In this document: positions 1 to 8,840 of the stretch, one piece after another | Numbering within the stretch: position 1 is the first letter of the stretch | Layout of the letters: every line of letters begins with the position of its first letter | Source of the DNA: Thermoplasmata archaeon | GTDB lineage: Archaea > Thermoplasmatota > Thermoplasmata > Lutacidiplasmatales > UBA184 | Assembly: GCA_035946105.1 (NCBI GenBank) | Contig: DASYZN010000185.1 | Location: 1-29,315 of the forward strand | DNA: 29,315 bases | Reading direction: 5' to 3' | The notes under the pieces: model-generated | What the model was told of the DNA's origin: nothing | The model's database searches: none | What the model saw: the letters and a program-made list of their open reading frames with translations, nothing else | Program-made: the position numbers and the translations under genes

Positions 1-20
1 GGCGCGTCGGCCTCGGTCAC
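1..20 (-). CDS. Possible start of the next gene in the VirB2/VirB6-like operon (truncated by the window edge)
   Basis: A GTG at 20-18 lies 1 nt after the TAG stop (22-24) of the VirB6-like gene and reads M-T-E-A-D-A to the edge. Only 6 codons are visible. Confidence 0.25.
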
Positions 21-21
21 C

Positions 22-1143
22 CTACCGGCTCCCCCGGACGACCGGTCGGAATCGGCGATGGGCGTGGCGGGCGGCCCTGGGAGGGTCCGCCTTCGGGGGA
101 TGGATGTGCCGGACGAGATGTCGGGCCCCGCGGCCCATCAGCTCGCCGAAGGCGAGTGGGGCGGAGAGCGGGAACGGCGCACGGGCCGCCTGGGCGAGCG
201 CGGCCGGCAGCCGGCTCCCCCCCTTCGCGCCGGGCCGCTCCCCCAACGGCCGCACATAGCTCGCGGCGCCAATCCCGACGAACGAGAGGCCGCGCTGGAT
301 GCCCCCGGTGACCGCCGAGCCCGCGGAGGGGAATCCCGCCTGGGCGAGCTGCCCACCGGCGGCGGAGATCAGGGAAGGGGCTCCCACCGAGATCGTGAGG
401 TAGCCGAGGAGGAGGAGGATCGAGGGACTCCCGACGGCGAGCTCCAGCGGGACCACCATGACGCACGGGAGGAACGCGGCCTCCCCGAACATCATCCAGG
501 CCTTGCGAGCGAGCGGCCGGAACGTCGGCAGCGCCCCGAGGAGGGTGAACGCGGGCAGGAGGACGAGGAGGACCCCCAAGAGGGCGTCCCGGACCGCGAG
601 GGCGATGGCGATCAGCAGGACGAGGCTGAACAGGATGAACGAGACGATGAACGCGAGCGCCCCGTTGTCCCAGCTGAACTTGAGGCCCCCGAACCCGTCC
701 AGGTTCGCCCAGACCTGCCAGGCCCCGCCGTCGAATCCGGCGATCGTCGGGTAGGCGGCGCCCGCGAGCCCGAGGACGGCGCCCGCGACGGGGACGGTGA
801 GGTTGGCGAGGACGACGTAGACGAGGAGGGTCGGGAGAAGACTCTCGAGGCGGGCCGTCTCCCTCCCGAGAACGGCGTGGGCGAGGTAGAGGAGTCCGAT
901 GCCGAGGACGATGAGGACGATCGCCGGATCGACCAGGTGGACGAGCAGGCTCTCGGAGAAGGCGGTCGCCCGATCGAGGAACGAGCCATCCGACGCCCCG
1001 ATCGTCGGAAAGAGCGCCGACGGCGCCAGCTCGGGCACGACGAGCCCCTCGTAGGTCGGCCCCGTGATGGTGCTCAGCAACAGGGTGAGCGCGGAGAAGA
1101 GGGCGAAGAGGATCGCCTGGATGGCGGGGCCCAGGGGGTCCAT
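22..1143 (-). CDS. Polytopic membrane protein, VirB6/TrbL/CedA-like
   Basis: Several hydrophobic segments. The core AVRDALLGVLLVLLPAFTLLGALPTFRPLARKAWMMF resembles the VirB6/TrbL pattern (R..l..l...lP......P.......W). It has a Gly/Ala-rich C-terminal tail and follows a pilin-like gene. Confidence 0.62.
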   Translation of the reverse strand: MDPLGPAIQAILFALFSALTLLLSTITGPTYEGLVVPELAPSALFPTIGASDGSFLDRATAFSESLLVHLVDPAIVLIVLGIGLLYLAHAVLGRETARLESLLPTLLVYVVLANLTVPVAGAVLGLAGAAYPTIAGFDGGAWQVWANLDGFGGLKFSWDNGALAFIVSFILFSLVLLIAIALAVRDALLGVLLVLLPAFTLLGALPTFRPLARKAWMMFGEAAFLPCVMVVPLELAVGSPSILLLLGYLTISVGAPSLISAAGGQLAQAGFPSAGSAVTGGIQRGLSFVGIGAASYVRPLGERPGAKGGSRLPAALAQAARAPFPLSAPLAFGELMGRGARHLVRHIHPPKADPPRAARHAHRRFRPVVRGSR

Positions 1144-1155
1144 CGTCGGGGCCGC

Positions 1156-1557
1156 TCATCCGCCGGTCAGGATCCATTGGGCGAGGCTCCAGACCAGGCC
1201 GCTCAACGCGGCGGCGAAGATCACCGTCCCGACGATCGCGTCGCGGGCTCGGTCCTTCGCCTGGACCTTCTTCGTCACGTCGGTGGAGAACCAGCTCAGC
1301 GCGACCCGCGCCCAGGCGATGGCGAGGATCGCGCCCCCCGCGGCCCCCAGGAGGGCCACGATCCGACCGAGGGACGCCGAGAAGTTCCCCACGACCGAGT
1401 CGTTCGCCAAAGCGAGGGGGGCCGAACGTGGGACGGCGAGCGTCCGCAGCGCAAGGGAGCGGGGCGCCGGGTGGCCGGGCACCGCGATGCCCGCGAGGGC
1501 GACGAGGCCGAGGACCGCGAGGGCGGCGGCGGCCCGGACGAGGCCCGGATCGGTCAC
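1156..1557 (-). CDS. VirB2/TrbC-like (T4SS-type) pilin precursor
   Basis: Signal-like N-terminus ending in ALA. Two hydrophobic helices are separated by a short basic loop (STDVTKKVQAKDRARDAIVG.VI), as in VirB2-like pilins. GTGA start/stop overlap with the upstream gene. Confidence 0.68.
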   Translation of the reverse strand: MTDPGLVRAAAALAVLGLVALAGIAVPGHPAPRSLALRTLAVPRSAPLALANDSVVGNFSASLGRIVALLGAAGGAILAIAWARVALSWFSTDVTKKVQAKDRARDAIVGTVIFAAALSGLVWSLAQWILTGG

Positions 1558-3317
1558 GCCGGAACCTCCGGATCCGACGCGGGGGGAGGGTCGTCCGTCC
1601 GGAACAGGAGCTCACGCCCCTCGGGATCCGTCGTCGAACGCACCCGGCCCGAGGAACGCAGTCTCGCGAGGGCCGGGCCGAACGAATCCGCCGGCACCCC
1701 CTCCTCTTCCGCTAGGCCGCGGAGCCGCTCCCGTTCGATCCCCTCGGATTCATCGAGCAGCCGCTCGAGGGTCGCGATCGCCTGCCGGGACGGGTCCGGC
1801 GGCGGAGCGACGGGGCTCCGCCTTTGCCACCGCCGCCAGAGCCAGAAGCCGACGGTCGCGGCGAGCACGAGTCCGGCCACGACGGCCCCGACCGCCGAGG
1901 CAGGGGCCGAGGTCGGTGGGGCCGGGGTCCGGGTCGCCGGGGGGGCGGACGGCCCTCCGAGGGCCGGAGGCGCTGACGGCGCGGCCGTTCCGACGGCCAC
2001 CGTGAGGGCGGTCGACGAGCCGCCCCCGAGCGCGTCGGAGGCGGAGAACGTGATCTCGAGGAACCCCTCGGAGAGCGGGTGCGCCGTCCAACGGAACGGC
2101 CCCGGGGAGAGGAGCGTCGAGACGACCGACTCCCCGTCCGACAAGCTCAGTCGATAGTCGTACGGTGGGAGCCCCCCCGAGAGGTCGAGGGCGAGATCGA
2201 GCCCGCCGCCCGACGAGACGTTCGCGGAGATCGGCACGAGCCGGAGCGCGAGGGGCGGAAGGACGACGAAGCGCACGGTCGCATTCATCGGGACCCCCGC
2301 CCCGTCGACCACGGAGACCCCGAGCGACGCGTTCCCGGACCCCAGGAAACGGCCGGACCAATCGATCGATCCGCCGGCGGCCGCCCCGCCTCGCATCCCC
2401 CCGACGTCCGTGGCGGGCAACGAGGTCGACGCGGTCCAGAGGTACGGCGGCGTGCCTCCGAGCACGTAGCCGCTGCCCTGGGCAAGGGACCCGGCATCGA
2501 CCGTTCCCTCGTCCGCGGTGAACACGAACTGCGGACTGGGCGCCACGTAGGCGACCGGCGCCTCGACGACCGTCGTGACGCCCGAGCGGTCGGTGACCGC
2601 GGCCCGGATCCAAGCGACGCCAGGACCCGAGGCCTCCGCGAGGAACTCGGTCCCCATGGCGTGGGGGAGGGAGGTCAGGTTGCCCTCACCCCCCGGGAGC
2701 ATCTGCCAGTCGAGGAGGAACGGGGGGAAGCTCCCCGCGACGTCGAAGCGGATGGGGATCGGGCGACCGACGTCGGTCTCGGGAGCGCCCGAGCTCAACC
2801 CGATCGAGGGGGCCGATCCGACGACGACGGTCGCGTTCGCCGAGGCGCTGTCGTTCAAGAGGTCCCAGACGCGCACTCCGAGCTCGACCGCGCCGGACGG
2901 CGGCGCCTGGAAGCTCAACGTCGCATTGGGTCCGCTTCCGCCGAGGGAGTCGTTCCAGAGGTAGCGGGCGATGCCGAGCAGGCTGAAGGGGACCGCGCGA
3001 ACCAGCACGGTCGAGTTCGGCTCGACCGGCAGCGCCGGTAAGGAGATCCGTACCGTGACGGGAAACCCTCCGGTGGACGCCGGAGCGGCCGCCGGGCCCC
3101 GCCCCTCGCTCGGGCGCAGTGGATCCGAAGGCGCGGACGTTTGCGCGCGGAGACCGACGGCGTCGCCGGGCGGCTCCGCGACCGGGAGCAACCCGATCGC
3201 CATCACCCCGGCGAGCGCGGCGCCGAGGAGCGCGTAGCTCGCCGGGCGCGACGAGCGGTTCGACCGATGGGCAGGCGTTCGGGTACGGGCACGAAGGCAC
3301 GCGGACGTGGCAACCAT
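1554..3317 (-). CDS. Secreted, membrane-anchored Ig/PKD-like repeat protein with a cytoplasmic wHTH-like tail
   Basis: N-terminal hydrophobic signal; repeated beta-sandwich motifs (GSFPPF, GGTPPY, GGLPPY); Pro/Ala/Thr linker; TM helix followed by WRRWQRR; then about 85 aa of helix-helix-helix-beta-hairpin. Start codon uncertain. Confidence 0.75.
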   Translation of the reverse strand: MVATSACLRARTRTPAHRSNRSSRPASYALLGAALAGVMAIGLLPVAEPPGDAVGLRAQTSAPSDPLRPSEGRGPAAAPASTGGFPVTVRISLPALPVEPNSTVLVRAVPFSLLGIARYLWNDSLGGSGPNATLSFQAPPSGAVELGVRVWDLLNDSASANATVVVGSAPSIGLSSGAPETDVGRPIPIRFDVAGSFPPFLLDWQMLPGGEGNLTSLPHAMGTEFLAEASGPGVAWIRAAVTDRSGVTTVVEAPVAYVAPSPQFVFTADEGTVDAGSLAQGSGYVLGGTPPYLWTASTSLPATDVGGMRGGAAAGGSIDWSGRFLGSGNASLGVSVVDGAGVPMNATVRFVVLPPLALRLVPISANVSSGGGLDLALDLSGGLPPYDYRLSLSDGESVVSTLLSPGPFRWTAHPLSEGFLEITFSASDALGGGSSTALTVAVGTAAPSAPPALGGPSAPPATRTPAPPTSAPASAVGAVVAGLVLAATVGFWLWRRWQRRSPVAPPPDPSRQAIATLERLLDESEGIERERLRGLAEEEGVPADSFGPALARLRSSGRVRSTTDPEGRELLFRTDDPPPASDPEVPA

Positions 3318-3381
3318 CGGACGCTCGGAGCCGGCCCGCCGTATTTCCGCCGGGCTCGGCCGGCGGAAGCTGGACGATGGG

Positions 3382-4038
3382 CTACCGATCGATCCGCAGG
3401 GCGAGGTGGTCGCGGGAGAACGGGGCGAGGTCGATCGTCTCCCGGATCGTGAGCCGGTCGAGGGCGAGGTCCCCGCGGGCCTCCTGGAGCACCGACCGCG
3501 CCGACCGGGACTGGGAGACCGACCGGACCTTGAGGAGCAACAGGCCGACCCCCCGGGGGGCGAGGCAGGCCGAGGCGTTCTCCCGGAAGATGCGCGCCTG
3601 GCCGCGCTGGGCGACGTCCTGGTAGAGGAGGTCGACCTCGCCGACGTCCGCCGCGTAGCGCTCCGGCAGTTGGGCGTCCGCGAGGATCGGCAGGAGGTTC
3701 GTGCGGCGTCGCGCGAGCGCGAGCAGCGGAGCGAAGGAGACGGGGCTCCGTTCGATCAGGAAGATCTCCGCTTCGGGGAGCAGGTCGGAGAGATGGCTCG
3801 CCGTCGTGCCGTGGGAGGCGCCGAGGTAGAGGACCTTCCGAACGCCGTCCAGGAGGCTCGGCGCGCCCCCGTTCAGCAGAAAGGCCGCCAATTTCGAGCG
3901 GAACGGGTCCCACGCCCGGAACTCCCGATCCCCGTCCCGGATCAGCGCCTCGCCGTAGACCCGTTCGCCGGGAATGGCGTTCTCCGTGTAGAGATCCCTT
4001 CCCCGGCGGAGCAGGTGGGCAAGGGGGGGATCGGGCAC
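3382..4038 (-). CDS. flpA: Fibrillarin-like rRNA/tRNA 2'-O-methyltransferase
   Basis: Motifs VYGE, R.WDPFRSKLAA, VLYLGAS.GTT.SH and YQDVAQ..Q. Confidence 0.95.
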   Translation of the reverse strand: MPDPPLAHLLRRGRDLYTENAIPGERVYGEALIRDGDREFRAWDPFRSKLAAFLLNGGAPSLLDGVRKVLYLGASHGTTASHLSDLLPEAEIFLIERSPVSFAPLLALARRRTNLLPILADAQLPERYAADVGEVDLLYQDVAQRGQARIFRENASACLAPRGVGLLLLKVRSVSQSRSARSVLQEARGDLALDRLTIRETIDLAPFSRDHLALRIDR

Positions 4039-4044
4039 GGTCCC

Positions 4045-4512
4045 TCAGTCGATGGCGGCGACGAGATCGACCTCGACCGGGGCGTTCAACGGGAGACCGG
4101 CGACCCCGAGGGCGATGCGGCTCCCCCGCCCGCGGCCCTCGCCGAGGTGGTCGAAGAGCCGCTCGGAGGCGCCGTTCGCCACCTCGTGGGCCCGATCGAA
4201 CCCCGGGGGACTCGCGACGTACACGGAGAGCCGGACGATCCGGCGGACCCGTTCGAGGGATCCGAGGGCCTCGGAGAGCGCGCTCAACGCCTGCAGGGCG
4301 GCGCGGCCCGCGACCTCCCGTGCCGCCTCGACGCTGATCTCCCGACCCACGAGGCCGGCCGGGTCGGCCTTCCCGTCCCGGGTCACGATCTGACCCGAGA
4401 CCCAGGCCCAACCGTTCTCGATGGCGACCGAGGCGTACTTTCCGGCGGGCTTCGGCGGGGGTGGAAGGGCGGGGACCGTGCCCGGACCCACCTCCTTGGG
4501 CGGCTCGACCAT
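4045..4512 (-). CDS. RidA/YjgF/UK114 family protein (atypical, Atu1372-like subgroup)
   Basis: P.P.GKY, VSGQ, ANGASE, and R.ALGVAGLPLNAPVEVD. Confidence 0.9.
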   Translation of the reverse strand: MVEPPKEVGPGTVPALPPPPKPAGKYASVAIENGWAWVSGQIVTRDGKADPAGLVGREISVEAAREVAGRAALQALSALSEALGSLERVRRIVRLSVYVASPPGFDRAHEVANGASERLFDHLGEGRGRGSRIALGVAGLPLNAPVEVDLVAAID

Positions 4513-4649
4513 GCCGCGCCACTTCGGCCTCGCCTAATGGGTTCATCGGAGGGGACCGAGGGAGGCCGGACCCCGAACATCGCCCTGTCGGACCCCGGGC
4601 CGCCCTCCGAGGACGGCGCGGCCCCGCCCTTCCGCACGACGGACAGGTT

Positions 4650-6335
4650 ATGACCCGAGACCAGGTGCCCCGCCCTTCGGATCCTCCGGACCGATCGATG
4701 CAGAGGGATCAGCACGGGCGCTCCTCGGGCGCCTTCGGGGCGCTCGAGAGGGCCGTCGTCGACCACGCCTTCGCCCTGCAGCCCGGCTACGCCGTCTTCC
4801 TCGGGCTGCACGAGTACGATGGGCGCCTGCCGGATTACGCCAGCGGGGCGACGGAGGCCTGGCTCGCCGAGACGGACCGGCTACTCGCCAAGCTCGCCTC
4901 CGCCTCGGGCCTCACGGACGAAGAGAGCCTCGATCGTACGCTGCTGGCGCTCCTGCTCGAGAGCCCCGCGTTCGACCTACGGGTCGCGCACGACCTCGAC
5001 CGCAATCCGATGTCCTACCTCGGCGCGCTCTCGCTCACCGCCTACCTGGTGCGCGAGTACGCCCCCGCCGCCCAACGGGTCGACGCCATCGTCCGCACCC
5101 TCCGGGAGGTCCCCCGGTTCCTAACGAACGGGCTCCGACGGCTGAAGCCCCCGCTCCCCAAGCCGTTCCTCGACCTGTCGATCTCGATCGGCGCGGGACT
5201 GCCGAGCCACTTCGAGGAGGCCGAAGCGTTCGCGGCCCAGGCCTCCCCTTCGCTCGGGCGGTCCGTCGCGGAGGTCCGCGGCGCCGCCGAGGCCGAGGTC
5301 CGCTCCTTCCTCGATCGGATCCGGGACGAGTGGCTCCCGACGGCCACGACGGAGTTCGCGCTCGGCCCCGAGCGATACCAGCGCCTGCTCTGGGTCCGCG
5401 AAGGGATCCGGACCCCCTTCCGAGAGATCCTCCTAGAGGGGCAACGGGACCTCGCGAAGAACCAGGCGCGCCTGAGCGAACTGGCGGCCTCGGCGACGCC
5501 CCCGCGTTCCGTGTCGGCGCTGCTCGAGGAGCTCAACCAAGACCACCCGAAGGCCGACGAGGTCGTCTCGACCGCCCAGCGCTACGTCGCGCAGACCCGC
5601 GCCTTCGTCCTCGAGCGGGAGCTGGCGACGATCCCGACCCCGGATTCCTGCCGGGTCGAAGAGACCCCCAGCTACGGCCGGGCCCTCTCGACGGCGAGCA
5701 TGAACCCCCCGGGCCCGTTCGACACCGCCGGCGACGAGGGGATCTACTTCGTCACCCCGGTCGATCCCGCCTGGTCCCCGGATCGCCAGGAGCAGTGGCT
5801 CCGTTCGCTCAACCACGCCCTCCTCAGGAACATCACCGTCCACGAGGTCTATCCGGGCCACTACCTCCAGTTCCTTCACCACCGACGGGCCGCGGCGACC
5901 CTCACCCGGAAGGTCTACCTGTCGAACTCGTTCACCGAGGGCTGGGCCCATTACGCGGAGCAGCTCGCCATCGAGGCCGGCTTCGGGCGCGGCAGCCCCG
6001 CCGCCGAGGCCGCCGAGCTGCACGACGCGCTGCTGAGGGACTGTCGCCTGATCGCCTCGATCGGACTCCACACGTCGAACATGACCCTCGAGGAGGCGAC
6101 GCATCTCTTCGAGACCGAGGCCCACTTCGATCGGCTGCCCGCGGAGCGGGAGGCGATCCGTGGGACGTTCAACCCAGAGTACTTCTGCTACACCCTGGGG
6201 AAGCTCGCCATCCTCTCGGCCCGCCGCAAGTACCTAAACCAAAAGTTCTCCGGCTCGCTCAAGGCGTTCCACGACCGCCTCCTGTCGTTCGGCGCCCCGC
6301 CGGTCGGGCTGCTCGAGGAGCTCTTCGCCCACTAG
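4650..6335 (+). CDS. DUF885 family protein (putative metallopeptidase)
   Basis: HEVYPGHYLQ, EGWAHYAE and Y.LGKL.I motifs. Start moved from the ORF-track 4461 to the in-frame ATG at 4650. Confidence 0.88.
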   Translation: MTRDQVPRPSDPPDRSMQRDQHGRSSGAFGALERAVVDHAFALQPGYAVFLGLHEYDGRLPDYASGATEAWLAETDRLLAKLASASGLTDEESLDRTLLALLLESPAFDLRVAHDLDRNPMSYLGALSLTAYLVREYAPAAQRVDAIVRTLREVPRFLTNGLRRLKPPLPKPFLDLSISIGAGLPSHFEEAEAFAAQASPSLGRSVAEVRGAAEAEVRSFLDRIRDEWLPTATTEFALGPERYQRLLWVREGIRTPFREILLEGQRDLAKNQARLSELAASATPPRSVSALLEELNQDHPKADEVVSTAQRYVAQTRAFVLERELATIPTPDSCRVEETPSYGRALSTASMNPPGPFDTAGDEGIYFVTPVDPAWSPDRQEQWLRSLNHALLRNITVHEVYPGHYLQFLHHRRAAATLTRKVYLSNSFTEGWAHYAEQLAIEAGFGRGSPAAEAAELHDALLRDCRLIASIGLHTSNMTLEEATHLFETEAHFDRLPAEREAIRGTFNPEYFCYTLGKLAILSARRKYLNQKFSGSLKAFHDRLLSFGAPPVGLLEELFAH

Positions 6336-6883
6336 CCCGCCCTAGGCCGGGACCCGCGTCGGGGCACCGGCCGAGCGAGGGGATAGACGTACATCCGCTC
6401 GCCCTCGGTCTCCGTCCGGCCCCCCGTCGACCTGTAGAGCCGATGGGCCGCCCGATTCGCCGGGTCGTCCGTGAACACGAAGAGCTCGTCGAATCCTCGG
6501 GCGCTCCCGAGCCGAAGGAGACGGCGGATGAGCGCGGATCCGACCCCCCGGCGCCGGGAGGGTCCGTCGACCGCGATCTCGTAGAGGAAGAATTGCGGGC
6601 GCGCGGTGTGCAGCTGTCCGAGCACCGTGCCGCGGGCGAAGCCGATCGGCCGCCCGCCGACATCATGGGCCAAGAGGAACAAGTTCCGTCGATCGGACAG
6701 GAAGGCTCGGACCGCCCGACGCGACAGAGCGTGGTCGAACAGCGCCGCCGCCCCGAGGACCTTCGCCTCGTCGCCGGGGCCGAGCTCGAGGAGTCGAGAG
6801 GCCGGGCGGCCCGACGTGGGCCGGAGAGGTCGTCCGACGGCGGACGACGGCGCCGTCGGGCGGCGCCCGAGGCGCCGGCTCAC
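6332..6883 (-). CDS. GNAT family N-acetyltransferase
   Basis: LYEIAVDGPSRRRGVGSALI (acetyl-CoA motif A) and N.AA.RLY. Probable GTG start at 6883 overlapping the TetR stop (GTGA). This is the C-terminal part of ORF 6332..7615. Confidence 0.85.
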   Translation of the reverse strand: MSRRLGRRPTAPSSAVGRPLRPTSGRPASRLLELGPGDEAKVLGAAALFDHALSRRAVRAFLSDRRNLFLLAHDVGGRPIGFARGTVLGQLHTARPQFFLYEIAVDGPSRRRGVGSALIRRLLRLGSARGFDELFVFTDDPANRAAHRLYRSTGGRTETEGERMYVYPLARPVPRRGSRPRAG

Positions 6884-7581
6884 GGGCGCTCGACCCCGCC
6901 AGGACGGCCCTCGGGCGGGAGGGCCGATCGGCCCCCCGATCCCCGGGCCCGGCGGACCGGACGGGGCCCGGTCCGGTCGAGACCCCAGAGCCGTCCGATC
7001 GACCCCACCAGAAGATCGGCGACCTCCTCCGGCGGTCGTGCGGGAGCGGAGAGCGCCTCGAACGTCTCGAAACTGGTGAGCGACGCCAGCAGAGCCGCGG
7101 CGGATCGATCGTCGAGGGCGAGGGCGCCCACCGGGCGGACCCGACGGAGGAGGTTCTCGGCCGCCGTGCGTCGCCACTCGTCGCGGTCCCGCAGGGCGCG
7201 GAAGAGGCTCGGATGCAGGACGCCGAACGCCCGCAGGCGACGCATCAGCAGGCGGTCCGACGCCCAGAAACCGGCGAAGATCCCGACGAACTTCCTCACC
7301 GCCTCCCCGGGGTCGGGCTCTGCGAAGACCTCGGGCATCCGTTGCATGCCCCCACGGAACGCGAGGTGGTCCGCGAGCGCCTCGAGGAGCCCTGCCTCCG
7401 AATGGAAGCGGTTGTAGACAGTCATCCGGGAGACCCCCGCCTTCCGACCCACCGCTTCCATCGAGAACTCCGAGGGGTCGGTCTTCCCTCCGAGAAGGGC
7501 CCGCGCGCCATCGAGGATCCGCAGCCGGGTCGCCTCGGAGGGGCCGCGCCGCCGGCCGAGGTCGTAGCGCCGAGGAGACAT
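6880..7581 (-). CDS. TetR/AcrR family transcriptional regulator
   Basis: TRLRILDGA..L, then SMEAVGRKAGVSRMTVYNRFHS (TetR HTH). The ATG at 7581 is preferred over 7620. Confidence 0.9.
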   Translation of the reverse strand: MSPRRYDLGRRRGPSEATRLRILDGARALLGGKTDPSEFSMEAVGRKAGVSRMTVYNRFHSEAGLLEALADHLAFRGGMQRMPEVFAEPDPGEAVRKFVGIFAGFWASDRLLMRRLRAFGVLHPSLFRALRDRDEWRRTAAENLLRRVRPVGALALDDRSAAALLASLTSFETFEALSAPARPPEEVADLLVGSIGRLWGLDRTGPRPVRRARGSGGRSALPPEGRPGGVERP

Positions 7582-7620
7582 CCTGCCCACCGAACCGTCG
7601 CGCGTTATGAGCCAATCCAC

Positions 7621-7655
7621 AAGCGTTATTTAGGTTTACAGTCTATACAATTATT
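7621..7655 (+). promoter_or_regulatory. BRE/TATA promoter of the SDR gene with an imperfect inverted repeat (putative TetR operator)
   Basis: AAGCG-TTATTTA begins 30 nt before the ATG at 7656, suggesting a leaderless transcript. TTTACAGTCTATACA (7635-7649) is an imperfect palindrome (10 of 14 positions). Confidence 0.55.
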
Positions 7656-8447
7656 ATGAGCGGAGAATCCGAGGGGACCGGCGCGTCCGGTCCCAACGAC
7701 TACCAGGGGAAGGTCGCCCTCGTCGTGGGCGCCAGCAAGGGGATTGGGGCCGCCACGGCCCGGATGTTGGGCCGGCGGGGCGCCCGGGTGGTCCTGTCGT
7801 CCCGCGATCTCGCCGGCCTGGACGCCGTGGCGCGCGAGGTGCGGGACCTCGGCGGGGAGGCGTCCGTGATCCCGGTCGATCTCGGCAGCGACGAATCGGT
7901 GCGGGGCCTCGGCGGGTCGCTCCGGGACCGGTTCGGCCGTCTCGACTTCGCGTTCAACAACGCCGGCGAGGGGGCGCTGCCCGCGGATCTCGCGGAGGTC
8001 CCGGTCGGGAGCTTCGACGGGGTCTTCCGGGTCTCCGTCCGAGGGACGTTCCTCGCGATGCGGGAGGAGATCCCGCTCCTCCTCGCCGCCGGAGGGGGCG
8101 CCATCGTGAACATGTCGTCCACGGCGGGCGTGTCGGCGTTCCGGGGCGGCGGCCCCTATACCGCCGCGAAGCACGCGGTGATCGGGCTCACGAAGGCGGC
8201 GGCGCTCGACTACGCCGAGCGGAAGCTGAGGGTCAACGCGGTCGCCCCCGGCCCCATCGAGACGCACCGGATGAAGGACCTTCCGGAGTCCTACAAGGCT
8301 CGGGCTCGGGAAGCGGTCCCGATGCGGCGGCTCGGGACCAGCGAGGAGGTCGCCGAGGCCGTGGTCTGGCTCGGGTCGGATGCCGCGCGCTTCGTCACGG
8401 GGGCCACCCTGTTCGTCGATGGGGGCCGCATGGCGGGGTGGGGATGA
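7656..8447 (+). CDS. SDR family NAD(P)-dependent oxidoreductase
   Basis: GASKGIG, NNAG, YTAAK (YxxxK), and VNAVAPGPIET. Confidence 0.95.
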   Translation: MSGESEGTGASGPNDYQGKVALVVGASKGIGAATARMLGRRGARVVLSSRDLAGLDAVAREVRDLGGEASVIPVDLGSDESVRGLGGSLRDRFGRLDFAFNNAGEGALPADLAEVPVGSFDGVFRVSVRGTFLAMREEIPLLLAAGGGAIVNMSSTAGVSAFRGGGPYTAAKHAVIGLTKAAALDYAERKLRVNAVAPGPIETHRMKDLPESYKARAREAVPMRRLGTSEEVAEAVVWLGSDAARFVTGATLFVDGGRMAGWG

Positions 8448-8836
8448 GCATGGGGGACGGGGTCGAGGCTCGGGGAATGTGGCCCCGAGGCGGGATCGTG
8501 CCGGCGGCCCTGCTCATCGCCGTCCTCGCCGTAGGCGGGGCGCTCCTCCTCCTGGCCTTGGCGGGGGCGACCCCGCCAGCGCCGTTCGGCGGGGCCCATC
8601 CCGGTTTCTGGTTCGTATTCCCTGTCGGCTTCGGGCTGTTCTGGCTATTGGTGATCTTCGTCGTCCGTCCCCGGTGCTGGGGCTGGGGTGCCGGCCTAGG
8701 ACCTGCGCGATCGGGGCTCGACGAGGCGAAGGCCACGGTCCGGGTCCGATTCGCCCACGGAGAGATCTCGAAGGCCGAGATGGGCGAACTTCTCCGCGAC
8801 CTCGACGCGACCTCCAGCCCGACACGGAGAGGGTAG
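8444..8836 (+). CDS. Small two-TM membrane protein with a C-terminal SHOCT-like motif
   Basis: Two hydrophobic segments, then EAKATVRVRFAHGEISKAEM (SHOCT-like R.A.GEI..EE). ATGA overlap with the SDR stop. Confidence 0.7.
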   Translation: MSMGDGVEARGMWPRGGIVPAALLIAVLAVGGALLLLALAGATPPAPFGGAHPGFWFVFPVGFGLFWLLVIFVVRPRCWGWGAGLGPARSGLDEAKATVRVRFAHGEISKAEMGELLRDLDATSSPTRRG

Positions 8837-8840
8837 CCAG

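Noticed and set aside
6332-7615. 427-aa ORF as one protein; likewise 26372..28231 and 21823..24057 at full length
   Set aside because: Only the C-terminal parts carry domains. The N-terminal extensions overlap other real genes.
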